A stretch of 64,000 nt of DNA from Candidatus Hydrogenedens sp. Lineage in GTDB: Bacteria; Hydrogenedentota; Hydrogenedentia; Hydrogenedentales; Hydrogenedentaceae. The notes under the pieces were generated by a model that saw only the letters and a program-made list of their open reading frames with translations, did not search any database and was not told the DNA's origin. Within the stretch, counting starts at the first letter, position 1. Every line of letters begins with the position of its first letter. The stretch spans positions 96,001-160,000 of the forward strand of contig JBMFRC010000006.1 in assembly GCA_049968235.1 (NCBI GenBank), read 5' to 3'. A program made the translations under genes and the position numbers. Shown piece after piece: positions 9,735 through 19,918 of this stretch.

Positions 9735-10415
9735 CTATTTTTGACCATAATAACCGTCTTTCCCCCATTTTCGTTCATAATGTTTCCTTAAATACACCTC
9801 TTCTATTGTTTTTATATTTCCATCACTTATCATAATTGTATGGTATGCCATTTCCGCTAACTGTTCAAGAACAAAGGCTGTTTCAACTGCTTTCTCTACA
9901 TTTTCTCCCCAAACGAAAGGTCCATGTCCTGGAATAAGAACCGCCTTACATCTTTCTTCATTATTTTCCAAAATACATTGAACGACCTTTTCACCTATTG
10001 AATTTTCATAGTCTTCTGTATCAGGTATTTTTGTTAATGGAACATCTCCGAAAAAATAATCTGCATGAGTAGTTCCCAAACATGGGATTGGTTTTCTTGC
10101 CTGAGCCCAACATGTTGCAAAATGGGAATGTGTATGAACAACACCACCTGCACCGGACACATTTTTATATATAGATAGATGAACGGGTAAATCTACAGAT
10201 GGTTTTAAATCTCCCTCAACAATTTTTCCGTCTATATCTACAACGACCATATCCCTTACTTTTAGTTTGTGATAAGGAACTCCACTGGGCTTAATCACCA
10301 CCAGGTTACTTTCTCTATCTATTCCACTGGCATTTCCCCATGTTAAAATTACCAGTTTTTCTTGAACTAGTTGCAAATTGGCTTCCAAAACTTCCTTTTT
10401 CAATCGCTCTAACAT
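9735..10415 (-). CDS. araD: L-ribulose-5-phosphate 4-epimerase (class II aldolase/adducin family, AraD-like)
   Basis: The protein aligns nearly end to end with AraD: LEANLQL...LTWGNASG..IKPSGV...HTHS.HAT.WAQA...GTTHADYF...LRKHY..K.G..AYYGQ. Confidence 0.8.
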   Translation of the reverse strand: MLERLKKEVLEANLQLVQEKLVILTWGNASGIDRESNLVVIKPSGVPYHKLKVRDMVVVDIDGKIVEGDLKPSVDLPVHLSIYKNVSGAGGVVHTHSHFATCWAQARKPIPCLGTTHADYFFGDVPLTKIPDTEDYENSIGEKVVQCILENNEERCKAVLIPGHGPFVWGENVEKAVETAFVLEQLAEMAYHTIMISDGNIKTIEEVYLRKHYERKWGKDGYYGQK

Positions 10416-10427
10416 TGTACTTACCTT

Positions 10428-11426
10428 TTATTCATCTGCATTTGATTGAATCATATTACTGACTTTTTCTGGATTTTCCATAACAGATATTAATATTTCT
10501 TCTATCTTTTGGGCACATTTAAGATTCATAATTTCTGTGCGTATTTTTCCGATATATGGGTAACCATGTAAATAACCATTATAAAACTTTCTAAATATGG
10601 GAACTCCTCTTTGCTCGCCATAGTATTCAATGTGCTTGCGGAAATGTATAAGACACCAATGTATTCGTTCTGTAATGTCAGGTTCAGGAGTATATTCACC
10701 TTTTTCCAGATATAATTTACAGCGTTTAAATAAAAAGGGATTTCCAATAACAGCCCTTCCTATCATAACTCCATCCGCGCCCAATGCAAAGCATTTTTCA
10801 ACATCCTGCGGTGTTTTTATATCCCCGTTAGCAACAAAAGGTATTCTCGTTTTTTCTTTTATTTTAGGTACCCAGGACCAATCTACATCTCCTTTTAATC
10901 CCTGTTGTCTTGTTCTTAAATGTACTGTGATAAAATCAATACCTATGTTATAAGCAATTTCTAAAACATCAAAAATAGTAATATTATTATCGTCCCAACC
11001 TAATCGTGTTTTTAATGTAACAGGTAGTTCTATATTTGATTTTACTTCGTATAAAACGCGTTCCAATTTTTTTAAGTCCCTCAACAAACCTGCACCATCT
11101 CCCCTATTTGCAATTTTTTTAACCCAACAACCTGCGTTAATGTCAATAAAATCCGGAGCATAACTTTCCGCTGTTTTCCCTGCATTTACCATTGATGTTT
11201 CAGAACTACCATATAATTGAATACCGATAGGTCTCTCCTGTTCATTAAAACTCATTTTCTTTAAGGACCTATCTACATTACGGATTACCGCCTCTGCACT
11301 GATAAATTCAGTAATAACGACATCCGCACCCCATTCTTTGCATATGTTGCGAAACGGGAAATCAGTTATATCATCCATAGGGGCGAGAAACAAAGGCTTT
11401 TCTATTTCATATTTTCCAATTTTCAT
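10428..11426 (-). CDS. dusB: tRNA-dihydrouridine synthase (Dus family)
   Basis: The protein contains LAPMDDITDFPFR, a TIM-barrel FMN site and C-terminal helical Dus features. Confidence 0.85.
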   Translation of the reverse strand: MKIGKYEIEKPLFLAPMDDITDFPFRNICKEWGADVVITEFISAEAVIRNVDRSLKKMSFNEQERPIGIQLYGSSETSMVNAGKTAESYAPDFIDINAGCWVKKIANRGDGAGLLRDLKKLERVLYEVKSNIELPVTLKTRLGWDDNNITIFDVLEIAYNIGIDFITVHLRTRQQGLKGDVDWSWVPKIKEKTRIPFVANGDIKTPQDVEKCFALGADGVMIGRAVIGNPFLFKRCKLYLEKGEYTPEPDITERIHWCLIHFRKHIEYYGEQRGVPIFRKFYNGYLHGYPYIGKIRTEIMNLKCAQKIEEILISVMENPEKVSNMIQSNADE

Positions 11427-11437
11427 TGTATTGAATT

Positions 11438-13153
11438 TTATTTATTCATTTTAAAAAGTTTCATGGCACAAAATTTAGGTCCACACATCGTGCAATAATT
11501 TTGATTTATTTTATCTCTCCCGTCTTCCTTTATACATGGATTACTTTCTATAAACATTTGCAATGATTTTTCGGGGTCTAATGCAAGAGCAAATTGGTCC
11601 TCCCATGAGAATTTAACCCTTGCTAATGCCATAAGGCAATCCCGAAGAAAAGCGGAAGGCAAACCTTTTGCAATATCTGAAGCATGTGCCGAAATTCGAT
11701 AGGTAATTACGCCTTCTCGTACATCCTCCCTATTGGGTAAACCTATATGCTCTTTGGGTGTAACATAACATAACATAGCGGTTCCTGCAGAGCCGATAAG
11801 CGTTGCCCCGATAGCAGAGCTAATATGGTCATAACCTGTTGCAATATCTGTTACAACGGGACCCAATGTATAAAATGGAGCGGAATTGCACAAATCCTTT
11901 TGAATTTCAATATTATCCATAATTTTATTCATAGGGATATGCCCCGGCCCCTCATGCATCACCTGAACATCGAATTTCTCTGCCCTTCTGGCAAGTTCAC
12001 TTTGAATTTTTAATTCTGCAAATTGGGCTTCATCATTTGCATCATAAATACATCCCGGCCTCAAGCCGTCCCCTATCGAAACCGCGACATCATAGGCAGA
12101 TAATATTTCACAAATTTCATCCCAGTGGGTATATGTAAAATTCTGTTGTTTATGCATTTTCATCCATTGTGAAATAATTGCACCTCCACGACTGACAATA
12201 CCTGCTAATCGTTTTTCCACCAGTGGCAGGTGTTCTTCCAGTAATCCGGCATGAATTGTGAAATAATCTACTCCTTGTTCCGCTTGTTTAATTAAAACAT
12301 CGCGATATAATTCCCATGAAATTTCTTCTGGCTTTCCTTCTACCTTCTCTAATACTTCATAAATCGGTACTGTTCCAACAGGAACGGGTGAATTCCGAAT
12401 TATTGCTTCTCGAATGGTTTCTATTTCTTCCCCTGTGCTTAAATCCATAACTGTATCAGCACCACACATTACTGCCCAAATCATCTTTTCTACTTCTTCT
12501 TTAATCCCGCTACGAATAGATGAATTTCCTATATTTGCATTAATTTTTGTTCGTAGTCCTTGCCCTATTCCCATCGGTTCTAATTCCGGATGATTAATAT
12601 TTGCAGGTATAATAATTCTTCCTTCTGCTACTTGTTTACAAATCCATTCCGGGGAAATCATCGATTCTTTTATGATTTTCTCTGCTTTCTCTTTCCACAA
12701 CCAATCTATCCACATTTTATTTTGTGTTATTTCAATACTTTCTCGATGTGCTACATATTCCATCTCCGGAGTAATAATACCTTTCTTTGCATAGTACCGT
12801 TGTGTTACCCTTTTCCCACATTTTGCTTTTCGTATTATTTTATTTCCTTTTTGAAAACTTTGTATTTCTTCCCTTAACTTTATCCATTCATCTCGTATCT
12901 TTGATATTCCAATCTGAAAATCCGATAATTCTGTTATACTTTCATAAGGTCCTGCTGTATCATATATATAATATTCAAAAGCATGTGAAGAATATTTCTC
13001 TTTTAACGCATCCGGGACAATGTTTTCGTTAATTTTTATTTTCCTTGTAGGTATTAAAAAATTAAATTCCTTCCCATTTATATTTATATATTCTTTTTGA
13101 ATTTTAGATTTCAAAACATCACTTTTTATAAAGTTATTCATTCTTCTACCCAA
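11438..13153 (-). CDS. thiC: Phosphomethylpyrimidine synthase ThiC (long N-terminal form)
   Basis: The C-terminal [12 protein letters not shown] radical-SAM-like motif is present and the ThiC core is conserved. Confidence 0.9.
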   Translation of the reverse strand: MGRRMNNFIKSDVLKSKIQKEYININGKEFNFLIPTRKIKINENIVPDALKEKYSSHAFEYYIYDTAGPYESITELSDFQIGISKIRDEWIKLREEIQSFQKGNKIIRKAKCGKRVTQRYYAKKGIITPEMEYVAHRESIEITQNKMWIDWLWKEKAEKIIKESMISPEWICKQVAEGRIIIPANINHPELEPMGIGQGLRTKINANIGNSSIRSGIKEEVEKMIWAVMCGADTVMDLSTGEEIETIREAIIRNSPVPVGTVPIYEVLEKVEGKPEEISWELYRDVLIKQAEQGVDYFTIHAGLLEEHLPLVEKRLAGIVSRGGAIISQWMKMHKQQNFTYTHWDEICEILSAYDVAVSIGDGLRPGCIYDANDEAQFAELKIQSELARRAEKFDVQVMHEGPGHIPMNKIMDNIEIQKDLCNSAPFYTLGPVVTDIATGYDHISSAIGATLIGSAGTAMLCYVTPKEHIGLPNREDVREGVITYRISAHASDIAKGLPSAFLRDCLMALARVKFSWEDQFALALDPEKSLQMFIESNPCIKEDGRDKINQNYCTMCGPKFCAMKLFKMNK

Positions 13154-13208
13154 TACTAATTAGACTATACATTCTTCTTAATTATAGCAATAAAAAATTA
13201 GAGATATT

Positions 13209-15827
13209 TTAAATGTAAACAAGAACTTCTATCTTTTCATTTCCTTCTATCAAACGATATTCTTTTACATGAAGCATTGCAACAACATCTTTCAAGAGTA
13301 TTTGACATGCTTCATTTTTCGTGGTTGGACATTTAACTTCTATCTTTGAGACAGGTGCTGCCAAACTTATATTCGCATCCGCTTTGGCTTTTCTAATGGG
13401 GTTAATCAGCAAGATAAGGTCTTCATATAATTCTGGATATTTTGTTGGAGGCACCTCATTAAACTCTTCAATAGATGGCCATGGACTCCTGTGAATAGAA
13501 TTTGCCATGTCTTTATCATTTGAATATTCCCAACTCCAAATCTCCTCTGTAATATAGGGTAAATAAGGAGCAAATAAACGAATAATAGCACGATGTATTA
13601 GTCTTAACGCACTACAAGCGGAGAGCCGTTCATTATTTAATTCCGGTTGATAAACACGAGGTTTTATAATTTCCAGATAATTATCACAAAAGACATTCCA
13701 GAAAAATTCTTCTGTCAACATTAATGATTGAGCATAATCAAATTCCTCAAAACTGGCGGTTGCTCTTTGAATACATGTTTTTAGTTCATTTATAACTGAA
13801 ATGTCAATAGGATTTTGAATAATTCCTCTTTTTAGTAATCCTCTATCCACATTTTGGAGTTGCATAATCGCAAATTTACTTGCATTAAATAATTTTGTAC
13901 ATAGTTTTCTACCTACTTTAAAAGCCTGTTCATCGTAAGCAGTGTCCACCCCCAATCGTGCCTTTGCTGACCAATAACGAACGCTATCTGCACCGTGTTG
14001 CTCAATCAGCGGTTCAGGAGTTACTACATTCCCATGACTTTTTGACATTTTTTTTCGGTCAGGGTCTAATATCCAACCACTTAACACCACATTTTTCCAG
14101 GGAATTTCACCATCATGAAGATATGCTTTTACAATAGTGTAAAATGCCCATGTTCGGATAATATCATGCGCCTGGGGGCGTATATCCATGGGGAACAATT
14201 TTTTATGTCTTTCTGGATTTAAAAACCAATGTGTTGCTATCTGTGGAGTAAGAGAACTTGTTGCCCATGTATCTAATACATCTGGTTCTCCGGTAAAGCC
14301 GTTCGGTTTATCTCTTTGTTCTTCTGTATAACCGTGAGGGACATCCGATAGGGGGTCAATAGGTAAATCTTTAATATCAGGTAAAATGGGCTTACTATAT
14401 ACAATTATTCCCTCTTCATTTATTGGGTACCATACCGGAATAGGGACACCAAAAAATCTCTGTCGGCTCAAACACCAGTCCTGATTTAATCCTTCAACCC
14501 AGTGTTCATATCGTTTATACATATAATCGGGATGCCAATTTATCTTTTTACCCTGTTCAATAAGTGCCTCTTTTTTATCAATAATTTTTGTGTACCATTG
14601 TCGTGTTGGAACAATTTCCAGAGGTCGGTCACCTTTTTCAAAGAAACGAACTGCATGCGTAATTTGCGTTTCAGGACGGTCAATTACACTCTCCGTTTGG
14701 TTTGCAATTTCGATAATGACCTTCTTGGCATTTCCTGTATATAGTCCCTCCATTCTGGAATAGACTTCATTGGCTTTTTGTGGATTCATGGAAGGGACAA
14801 TCAAGTGGCCTTCATCTAAAGAATTGTTTGGTTTTTCATTGACACTTACAAATTGCACATGTAATAAAGTGCCATTCCTCGCCACAATTTGTCGGAGAGG
14901 TAAATTGAATTGTTTCCACCATTCCACATCCGTTTGGTCTCCGAATGTACATACCATGACAACACCTGTTCCTTTTTCGGGCTCCGCTTTTTCATCTGCC
15001 ATAATAGGTACGGGAACATGAAACAAAGGCGTTAAGATTGTTTTCCCTATGTATTTCTTATACCTTTCATCATCTGGATGTACCAGAACTGCAACACAAG
15101 CAGGAAGTAATTCGGGACGTGTAGTTGCTATTATGAGATAATCACTACTATCAGGGAAAGGAAAGCGAAAATAATAAAAAGCAGAAGGGACATCCTTATC
15201 TACAAGTTCCGCTTGTGCAATTGCTGTCTGATAATCGATATCCCACAAAACAGGTCTCTCTTCTTGATATACCTCCCCTTTTTTGTAAAGTTCAATAAAA
15301 CTTGCCTGAGAAATTAAACGGCAATGTCGGTCTATCGTTGCATATTCTAGGTCCCAGTCATAACTCATTCCGAGCCTTGTCCATAAGTTCCGAAATGCTT
15401 TTTCATCTTCAATAATAACCTGGTCGCATAACTCAATAAAGTTTTTCCTACTTACTGCCATAGGGGGTGTCCCTTTTTTACCGGGAAAGACTTTAAGATT
15501 GGGGTCATATGGCATTGAAGGTTCACAACGGACATTAAGATAATTTTGAACTCTTCGTTCGGTTGGCAATCCGTTATCATCCCATCCTATTGGGAAAAAG
15601 ATATTTTTACCTTTCATTCTTTGATAACGAACAATAAAATCTTGATGGGAATAACTGAACATATGTCCAACATGCAAAGAACCACTTACAGTAGGGGGAG
15701 GAGTATCGACAACGAAGGTCTCCTCACGGTTTTTTGTAGGGTCCCAACGATATATCCCTGTTTCTTTCCATGTTTTTATCCAATTCTCTTCAATTTTCTT
15801 TACATCATAATTTTGAGGTAAATCCAT
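13209..15827 (-). CDS. valS: Valine--tRNA ligase (class I aaRS)
   Basis: A HIGH-type PPTVSGSLHVGH motif and a KMSKS motif are present, and the length is 872 aa. ValRS is the best fit; another class-Ia aaRS (Ile/Leu) is less likely. Confidence 0.75.
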   Translation of the reverse strand: MDLPQNYDVKKIEENWIKTWKETGIYRWDPTKNREETFVVDTPPPTVSGSLHVGHMFSYSHQDFIVRYQRMKGKNIFFPIGWDDNGLPTERRVQNYLNVRCEPSMPYDPNLKVFPGKKGTPPMAVSRKNFIELCDQVIIEDEKAFRNLWTRLGMSYDWDLEYATIDRHCRLISQASFIELYKKGEVYQEERPVLWDIDYQTAIAQAELVDKDVPSAFYYFRFPFPDSSDYLIIATTRPELLPACVAVLVHPDDERYKKYIGKTILTPLFHVPVPIMADEKAEPEKGTGVVMVCTFGDQTDVEWWKQFNLPLRQIVARNGTLLHVQFVSVNEKPNNSLDEGHLIVPSMNPQKANEVYSRMEGLYTGNAKKVIIEIANQTESVIDRPETQITHAVRFFEKGDRPLEIVPTRQWYTKIIDKKEALIEQGKKINWHPDYMYKRYEHWVEGLNQDWCLSRQRFFGVPIPVWYPINEEGIIVYSKPILPDIKDLPIDPLSDVPHGYTEEQRDKPNGFTGEPDVLDTWATSSLTPQIATHWFLNPERHKKLFPMDIRPQAHDIIRTWAFYTIVKAYLHDGEIPWKNVVLSGWILDPDRKKMSKSHGNVVTPEPLIEQHGADSVRYWSAKARLGVDTAYDEQAFKVGRKLCTKLFNASKFAIMQLQNVDRGLLKRGIIQNPIDISVINELKTCIQRATASFEEFDYAQSLMLTEEFFWNVFCDNYLEIIKPRVYQPELNNERLSACSALRLIHRAIIRLFAPYLPYITEEIWSWEYSNDKDMANSIHRSPWPSIEEFNEVPPTKYPELYEDLILLINPIRKAKADANISLAAPVSKIEVKCPTTKNEACQILLKDVVAMLHVKEYRLIEGNEKIEVLVYI

Positions 15828-15955
15828 AAAAAACCTTCCTTTAATAATTAAAATCTCTTACAAAAAAATCTGGAAAATCGAAAGGACAGGTAAATAGTAT
15901 ACTAAATCAGAATATTCTTTGGAAAGTTGTAAGTAAAAAATGAATATTTTCACTT

Positions 15956-16615
15956 TTATAGTAGATTAAAACCTGTTAAACCGAAAGTGAGTAAAAAACC
16001 TGCTATATAATGCAAAGGAGGCGAGATAATTCGTGAACCTAATGTTATCGCAATAATAAGTCCAAAGGGGCCCATTTGTTGTAAGAATCGTTGTCCTTCC
16101 GGTGGAAGAAAATAATTTAAGACATGATGTCCATCTAAAGGAGGTAGTGGAATACAATTGAAAAGTAGTAAAACAAGATTTATCATTACAATGGAAATGG
16201 ATACTAAACAGGCTGGAGAGGAAAACATTTCATCCGGGGTTGAAATACCATTAATGATAACGGTTAATCTTAAAACGAAAGTAAATGCTATAGCCAATAA
16301 TAAATTTGCTGAGGGTCCTGCTATAGCAACAAAAACAGAATGAAGTCTTGGATTTCTTAAATTCCGAATGTTTACAGGAACAGGTTTTGCCCAACCAAAT
16401 AGAAATGGGAATTGCGTTATCATCATCATTAACGGCAAAATAAAAGTTCCCAACAGGTCCGCATGTTTTATGGGATTTAATGTTAATCGTCCCAACATTC
16501 GTGCTGTATGGTCACCAAATCGGTCTGCAGCAGCTGCATGTGCCGCTTCATGTGCGGATAAGCAAAATAGCAAGCATATATATTGTACCAAGATTTGTAA
16601 AATATGGTCAGCCAC
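15956..16615 (-). CDS. Site-2 protease family intramembrane metalloprotease (peptidase M50)
   Basis: The HEAAH zinc motif lies in a TM helix, followed by the downstream NxxPxxPLDG motif (NCIPLPPLDG), in a polytopic membrane protein. Confidence 0.8.
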   Translation of the reverse strand: MADHILQILVQYICLLFCLSAHEAAHAAAADRFGDHTARMLGRLTLNPIKHADLLGTFILPLMMMITQFPFLFGWAKPVPVNIRNLRNPRLHSVFVAIAGPSANLLLAIAFTFVLRLTVIINGISTPDEMFSSPACLVSISIVMINLVLLLFNCIPLPPLDGHHVLNYFLPPEGQRFLQQMGPFGLIIAITLGSRIISPPLHYIAGFLLTFGLTGFNLL

Positions 16616-16726
16616 TTAAATAACCCTCGTATAATATTGTGTAAGTATACTTTATATATAATATGACATGTCAAAAAGGTATAATGTTTCTAAAATCTAT
16701 ATAATCTATATTTTTTACAACTATAT

Positions 16727-18238
16727 ATGATTGATACATTATTATTGAAAACATATATCACTATTCTTTCAGTCTTATCTAAGAATAAAGATAATCTATC
16801 CGAAAATTTCATTTCGCTTAACGATTTTTTACATCTTTTTTCTCAACCCAAACTCAACCTCATAAATACGAAAGACTTCTTACAACAGGTAGAAGAGTGT
16901 TTTAATCTTCACATAGAAACTGGAAATAAGCTACATTCTGTTCATTTGAATATTGATAAAATGATTGTATTAAATTGTCTGTCTATCTTTAATAAACTTA
17001 TCGGTAAAAATATTTTTTCTATTTATTATGAGGAAACACAAGAAGGTGGTTTTCTCATTCCGAATCTCACTTTGTTTTCATCGAATAATCTGGAGCAATT
17101 GTCAAATTTTATCTTGGTTAATAATTTTTTACCTTTAAATACTTCATTCATTAATACACAGTGGACTAAAATCACAAATGGTGGAAAAATACAAATCAAA
17201 CAAAATCAAATTATATTCAAGCTTGCTGGTTTTAAATTACCAGCCAGGAACAATCCTTTATGTGAATTTGCCCCTGAATTTTCTTCTGCATTAGAAGAAG
17301 AAATCGAAAGTCTCATCTCTAATTATATATCCTCATGGGATTTTAATAAGATAATTGATATTCATGTATTTTTCAATTCTATATGGGAATATTTAAGACC
17401 GTTTATAACTAATCCTAATAAAATAGAGATTAGAATAGATAAACCTATCCCTATACTAAAGATATCGGAACTCAGTTTATCTTCAATACTTCTTTGTAAT
17501 ATTTCTCCATTTATCATTTTGCATAACCTTCTAACAGGGATATTCAGTATTAGTTATGAGACAAAAGGGAAAAACTTTATGGTCGAAACAGTAATAAGAA
17601 CGGAGAAACCTTTTGAATATCCTTTAATTGCCCAAAGGGCAATTAAATATTTCGTGGAACAAATAAAAGGAAGTCTAACCATTGAAAGTAAACAAATAAA
17701 AAATGATTGTATATTTACAACTACACTTTCTATTCCCGACAATATCGGCATTTTTTTAGATACCGAATTACATGGTTGGGAGTGTCTAACAGCAGAAAGT
17801 CAGGATATTTTACGACGATTGAGTTATGAATGTTCAATACCTTATGAACATCCATTTATTTCAGAACTTATTCGATTTGAAATAGAAAATTATTTTCGTG
17901 AACTTTTCTCAAAGCCTCTATTTATCAATCTTTCCCATGAATTATTGGAGAGAAACAAGCGTTATATCAGTCATACTATAAAATCTATGTTAGAGGAAAT
18001 AGAAAAAGGAAAAATCAAAAAGAATTCTTTTAATCCTTTATCCATAGGACAAATAATGGATGCCTTTTTAAGTTTACCTGACGTAGAAAATAGATTTCGT
18101 AAAATTTTTAATACAGATACAGTCAATATGACACATTTATTAGAATTATCGAAAACATTAAAAGAATTCCCCCACTCCAGCAAATCATTGATTTCTATAT
18201 TAATTTTCTTTATACAAAATACAAAGAAGTCCAATTAA
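16727..18238 (+). CDS. Hypothetical protein (503 aa), orphan, very AT-rich
   Basis: The long ORF has no recognisable motif. It is flanked by a strongly AT-rich 110-bp upstream region and ends 6 nt before the convergent hydrogenase-like regulatory operon. Confidence 0.5.
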   Translation: MIDTLLLKTYITILSVLSKNKDNLSENFISLNDFLHLFSQPKLNLINTKDFLQQVEECFNLHIETGNKLHSVHLNIDKMIVLNCLSIFNKLIGKNIFSIYYEETQEGGFLIPNLTLFSSNNLEQLSNFILVNNFLPLNTSFINTQWTKITNGGKIQIKQNQIIFKLAGFKLPARNNPLCEFAPEFSSALEEEIESLISNYISSWDFNKIIDIHVFFNSIWEYLRPFITNPNKIEIRIDKPIPILKISELSLSSILLCNISPFIILHNLLTGIFSISYETKGKNFMVETVIRTEKPFEYPLIAQRAIKYFVEQIKGSLTIESKQIKNDCIFTTTLSIPDNIGIFLDTELHGWECLTAESQDILRRLSYECSIPYEHPFISELIRFEIENYFRELFSKPLFINLSHELLERNKRYISHTIKSMLEEIEKGKIKKNSFNPLSIGQIMDAFLSLPDVENRFRKIFNTDTVNMTHLLELSKTLKEFPHSSKSLISILIFFIQNTKKSN

Positions 18239-18244
18239 TAGCTT

Positions 18245-18784
18245 CTAAACTTTTAATGTTTTGATAATGTTATTTATTTCATTCTCTATTAACTTATATA
18301 TCTCTATATCATTCATATTCGAGAATCTTTCTCTACATTCTCCCGTGTGAATTGATAAAAGTGTGTGTGTATTGTGGATAATATAAATTTGCATATTAAT
18401 ATTGGGATTCGTAATAAACATTCCGGCAATGGAATTCCCTAAATCTCCTACTGGCATCCTGTCAATATTTGATAACACAAAAGTCAACGCAACCCTGGCA
18501 CCTCCTAAATCTTCACTTTTACCAATTACAACATCGCCACCGGCTCTTTCTGCTGAACCTTTAGCCAAACTTAATCCCATTCCCACTATTTTTGATTTTT
18601 TTGTTGTATAAAATGGGTCAAACAACTGTTCTTCATCAACGCTAAAACCTTTTCCATTATCTTCAATTATCAGGGTAAGCAAATCAGTTTCCTCATTTAT
18701 ATCCAACAAAATTCGTATCTCATTTGCACCTGCATTAATTGAATTTTCTATCAAATCAAGGATATGTAAAGAGAGTTCAATCAA
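18245..18784 (-). CDS. Stand-alone GHKL/histidine-kinase-like ATPase (HATPase_c) with no HisKA domain
   Basis: N, G1 (DNGKGF) and G2 (GMGLSL) boxes are present. There is no H-box or dimerisation domain, and an 80-aa C-terminal extension follows. It overlaps the upstream PHP gene by 8 nt. Confidence 0.7.
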   Translation of the reverse strand: MIELSLHILDLIENSINAGANEIRILLDINEETDLLTLIIEDNGKGFSVDEEQLFDPFYTTKKSKIVGMGLSLAKGSAERAGGDVVIGKSEDLGGARVALTFVLSNIDRMPVGDLGNSIAGMFITNPNINMQIYIIHNTHTLLSIHTGECRERFSNMNDIEIYKLIENEINNIIKTLKV

Positions 18785-19547
18785 TTTCTATGACCTCCAA
18801 AACAGTATTTGTCCTTATTCCTTTTTTTATACCGTCAAAAGTGAGACTATCCACGCATATTTCTGTTCGAACATGCCCAATTTCATCTATAGAATGTGCA
18901 TCTGAAGAAGTAATTACCGGAAGATTTTGAGGTAGTGAATATATGATACTTTTTAAAAGAAACTCTTTCTTTTCGATAACCCTTTTTACTGATATAGGTG
19001 ATATTTCTAACACATCAAACACATTGTCAGGAATAATACCCAGCTGGCTTGTAATAGAAAAAGAAGGGCGGTCAACATGACTGGCAATAATCATTGCGTT
19101 ATATTTTCTTAATAATGCAATTACATTTTCTAAATTCATACCCGATGATAAATACAGCGATTTTTCTTCTTCTCCTATAACTTCTCCTTTTGAATTAATA
19201 ATTAGCTGAGGTTCTAAAAAGTCTTTCTTGTTTAACTCTTCACTTAAAGTTTCTCTTATAATTTTTCCAACCGACTCTGCATCTTCTAAATCGGGAAATA
19301 TCCCTAAAACATGTACTTCTTCTTCAGTTGTAATCTCTATTCCTGGAAGAAATAATATCTGTGGGAACCAATTCTGTCCATATTCATAAAATGCCCGCAC
19401 ATTCCTCGTGCTATTGTGATCACATATAGCAAATGCATTTATCCCTTTTTTTATTAAGCGTGGATATATATTCTGGGGTAGCATCATTCGGTCTGCACAT
19501 GGGGATAAAACAGAATGAATATGTAAGTCAGAAAATAATATGGACAA
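18777..19547 (-). CDS. PHP-domain metal-dependent phosphoesterase
   Basis: The N-terminal DLHIHSVLSPC...ICDHN histidine motifs are typical of the PHP family. Confidence 0.75.
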   Translation of the reverse strand: MSILFSDLHIHSVLSPCADRMMLPQNIYPRLIKKGINAFAICDHNSTRNVRAFYEYGQNWFPQILFLPGIEITTEEEVHVLGIFPDLEDAESVGKIIRETLSEELNKKDFLEPQLIINSKGEVIGEEEKSLYLSSGMNLENVIALLRKYNAMIIASHVDRPSFSITSQLGIIPDNVFDVLEISPISVKRVIEKKEFLLKSIIYSLPQNLPVITSSDAHSIDEIGHVRTEICVDSLTFDGIKKGIRTNTVLEVIEID

Positions 19548-19551
19548 AACA

Positions 19552-19902
19552 CTACCCTCTTATACCCAACTCATACAATTTTCCAACAATATTAAATGCA
19601 GTATCGGAAGATGAAAATAATAATATTTTTTCTTGTTCTGCTTTCTTCATGACATTATCATCGGGATGGCGGTTTTGTATAAAAATGACTGCAGAAATTT
19701 CTGCATGGACACATACCGCTATTACATTGATATGTGTCTGTAAAGTAATTAGAATAGAGCCTTTTTTCGCATTTGCTAAAACATCACTCAGTAAATCCGA
19801 TACATACCCTTCACTAACTTCTCTATCTAATAAGTCAGCAATTTCAGGAGTAAGTAATTCCAATTGTAATTCCTCATAAATTTCTTTTAATTTCTTACTC
19901 AT
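19552..19902 (-). CDS. DRTGG-domain protein
   Basis: A small (about 116 aa) protein with a DRTGG-like core (ILITLQTHINVIAV...). It is a paralogue of the 21496-21840 product. Confidence 0.6.
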   Translation of the reverse strand: MSKKLKEIYEELQLELLTPEIADLLDREVSEGYVSDLLSDVLANAKKGSILITLQTHINVIAVCVHAEISAVIFIQNRHPDDNVMKKAEQEKILLFSSSDTAFNIVGKLYELGIRG

Positions 19903-19918
19903 ACATTTATCTCCATTT

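Noticed and set aside
12590-13032. ORFs 12590-12877 + and 12787-13032 + inside thiC
   Set aside because: They are antisense to a highly conserved gene. Their translations are Phe/Leu-rich junk typical of the reverse complement of AT-rich coding sequence.
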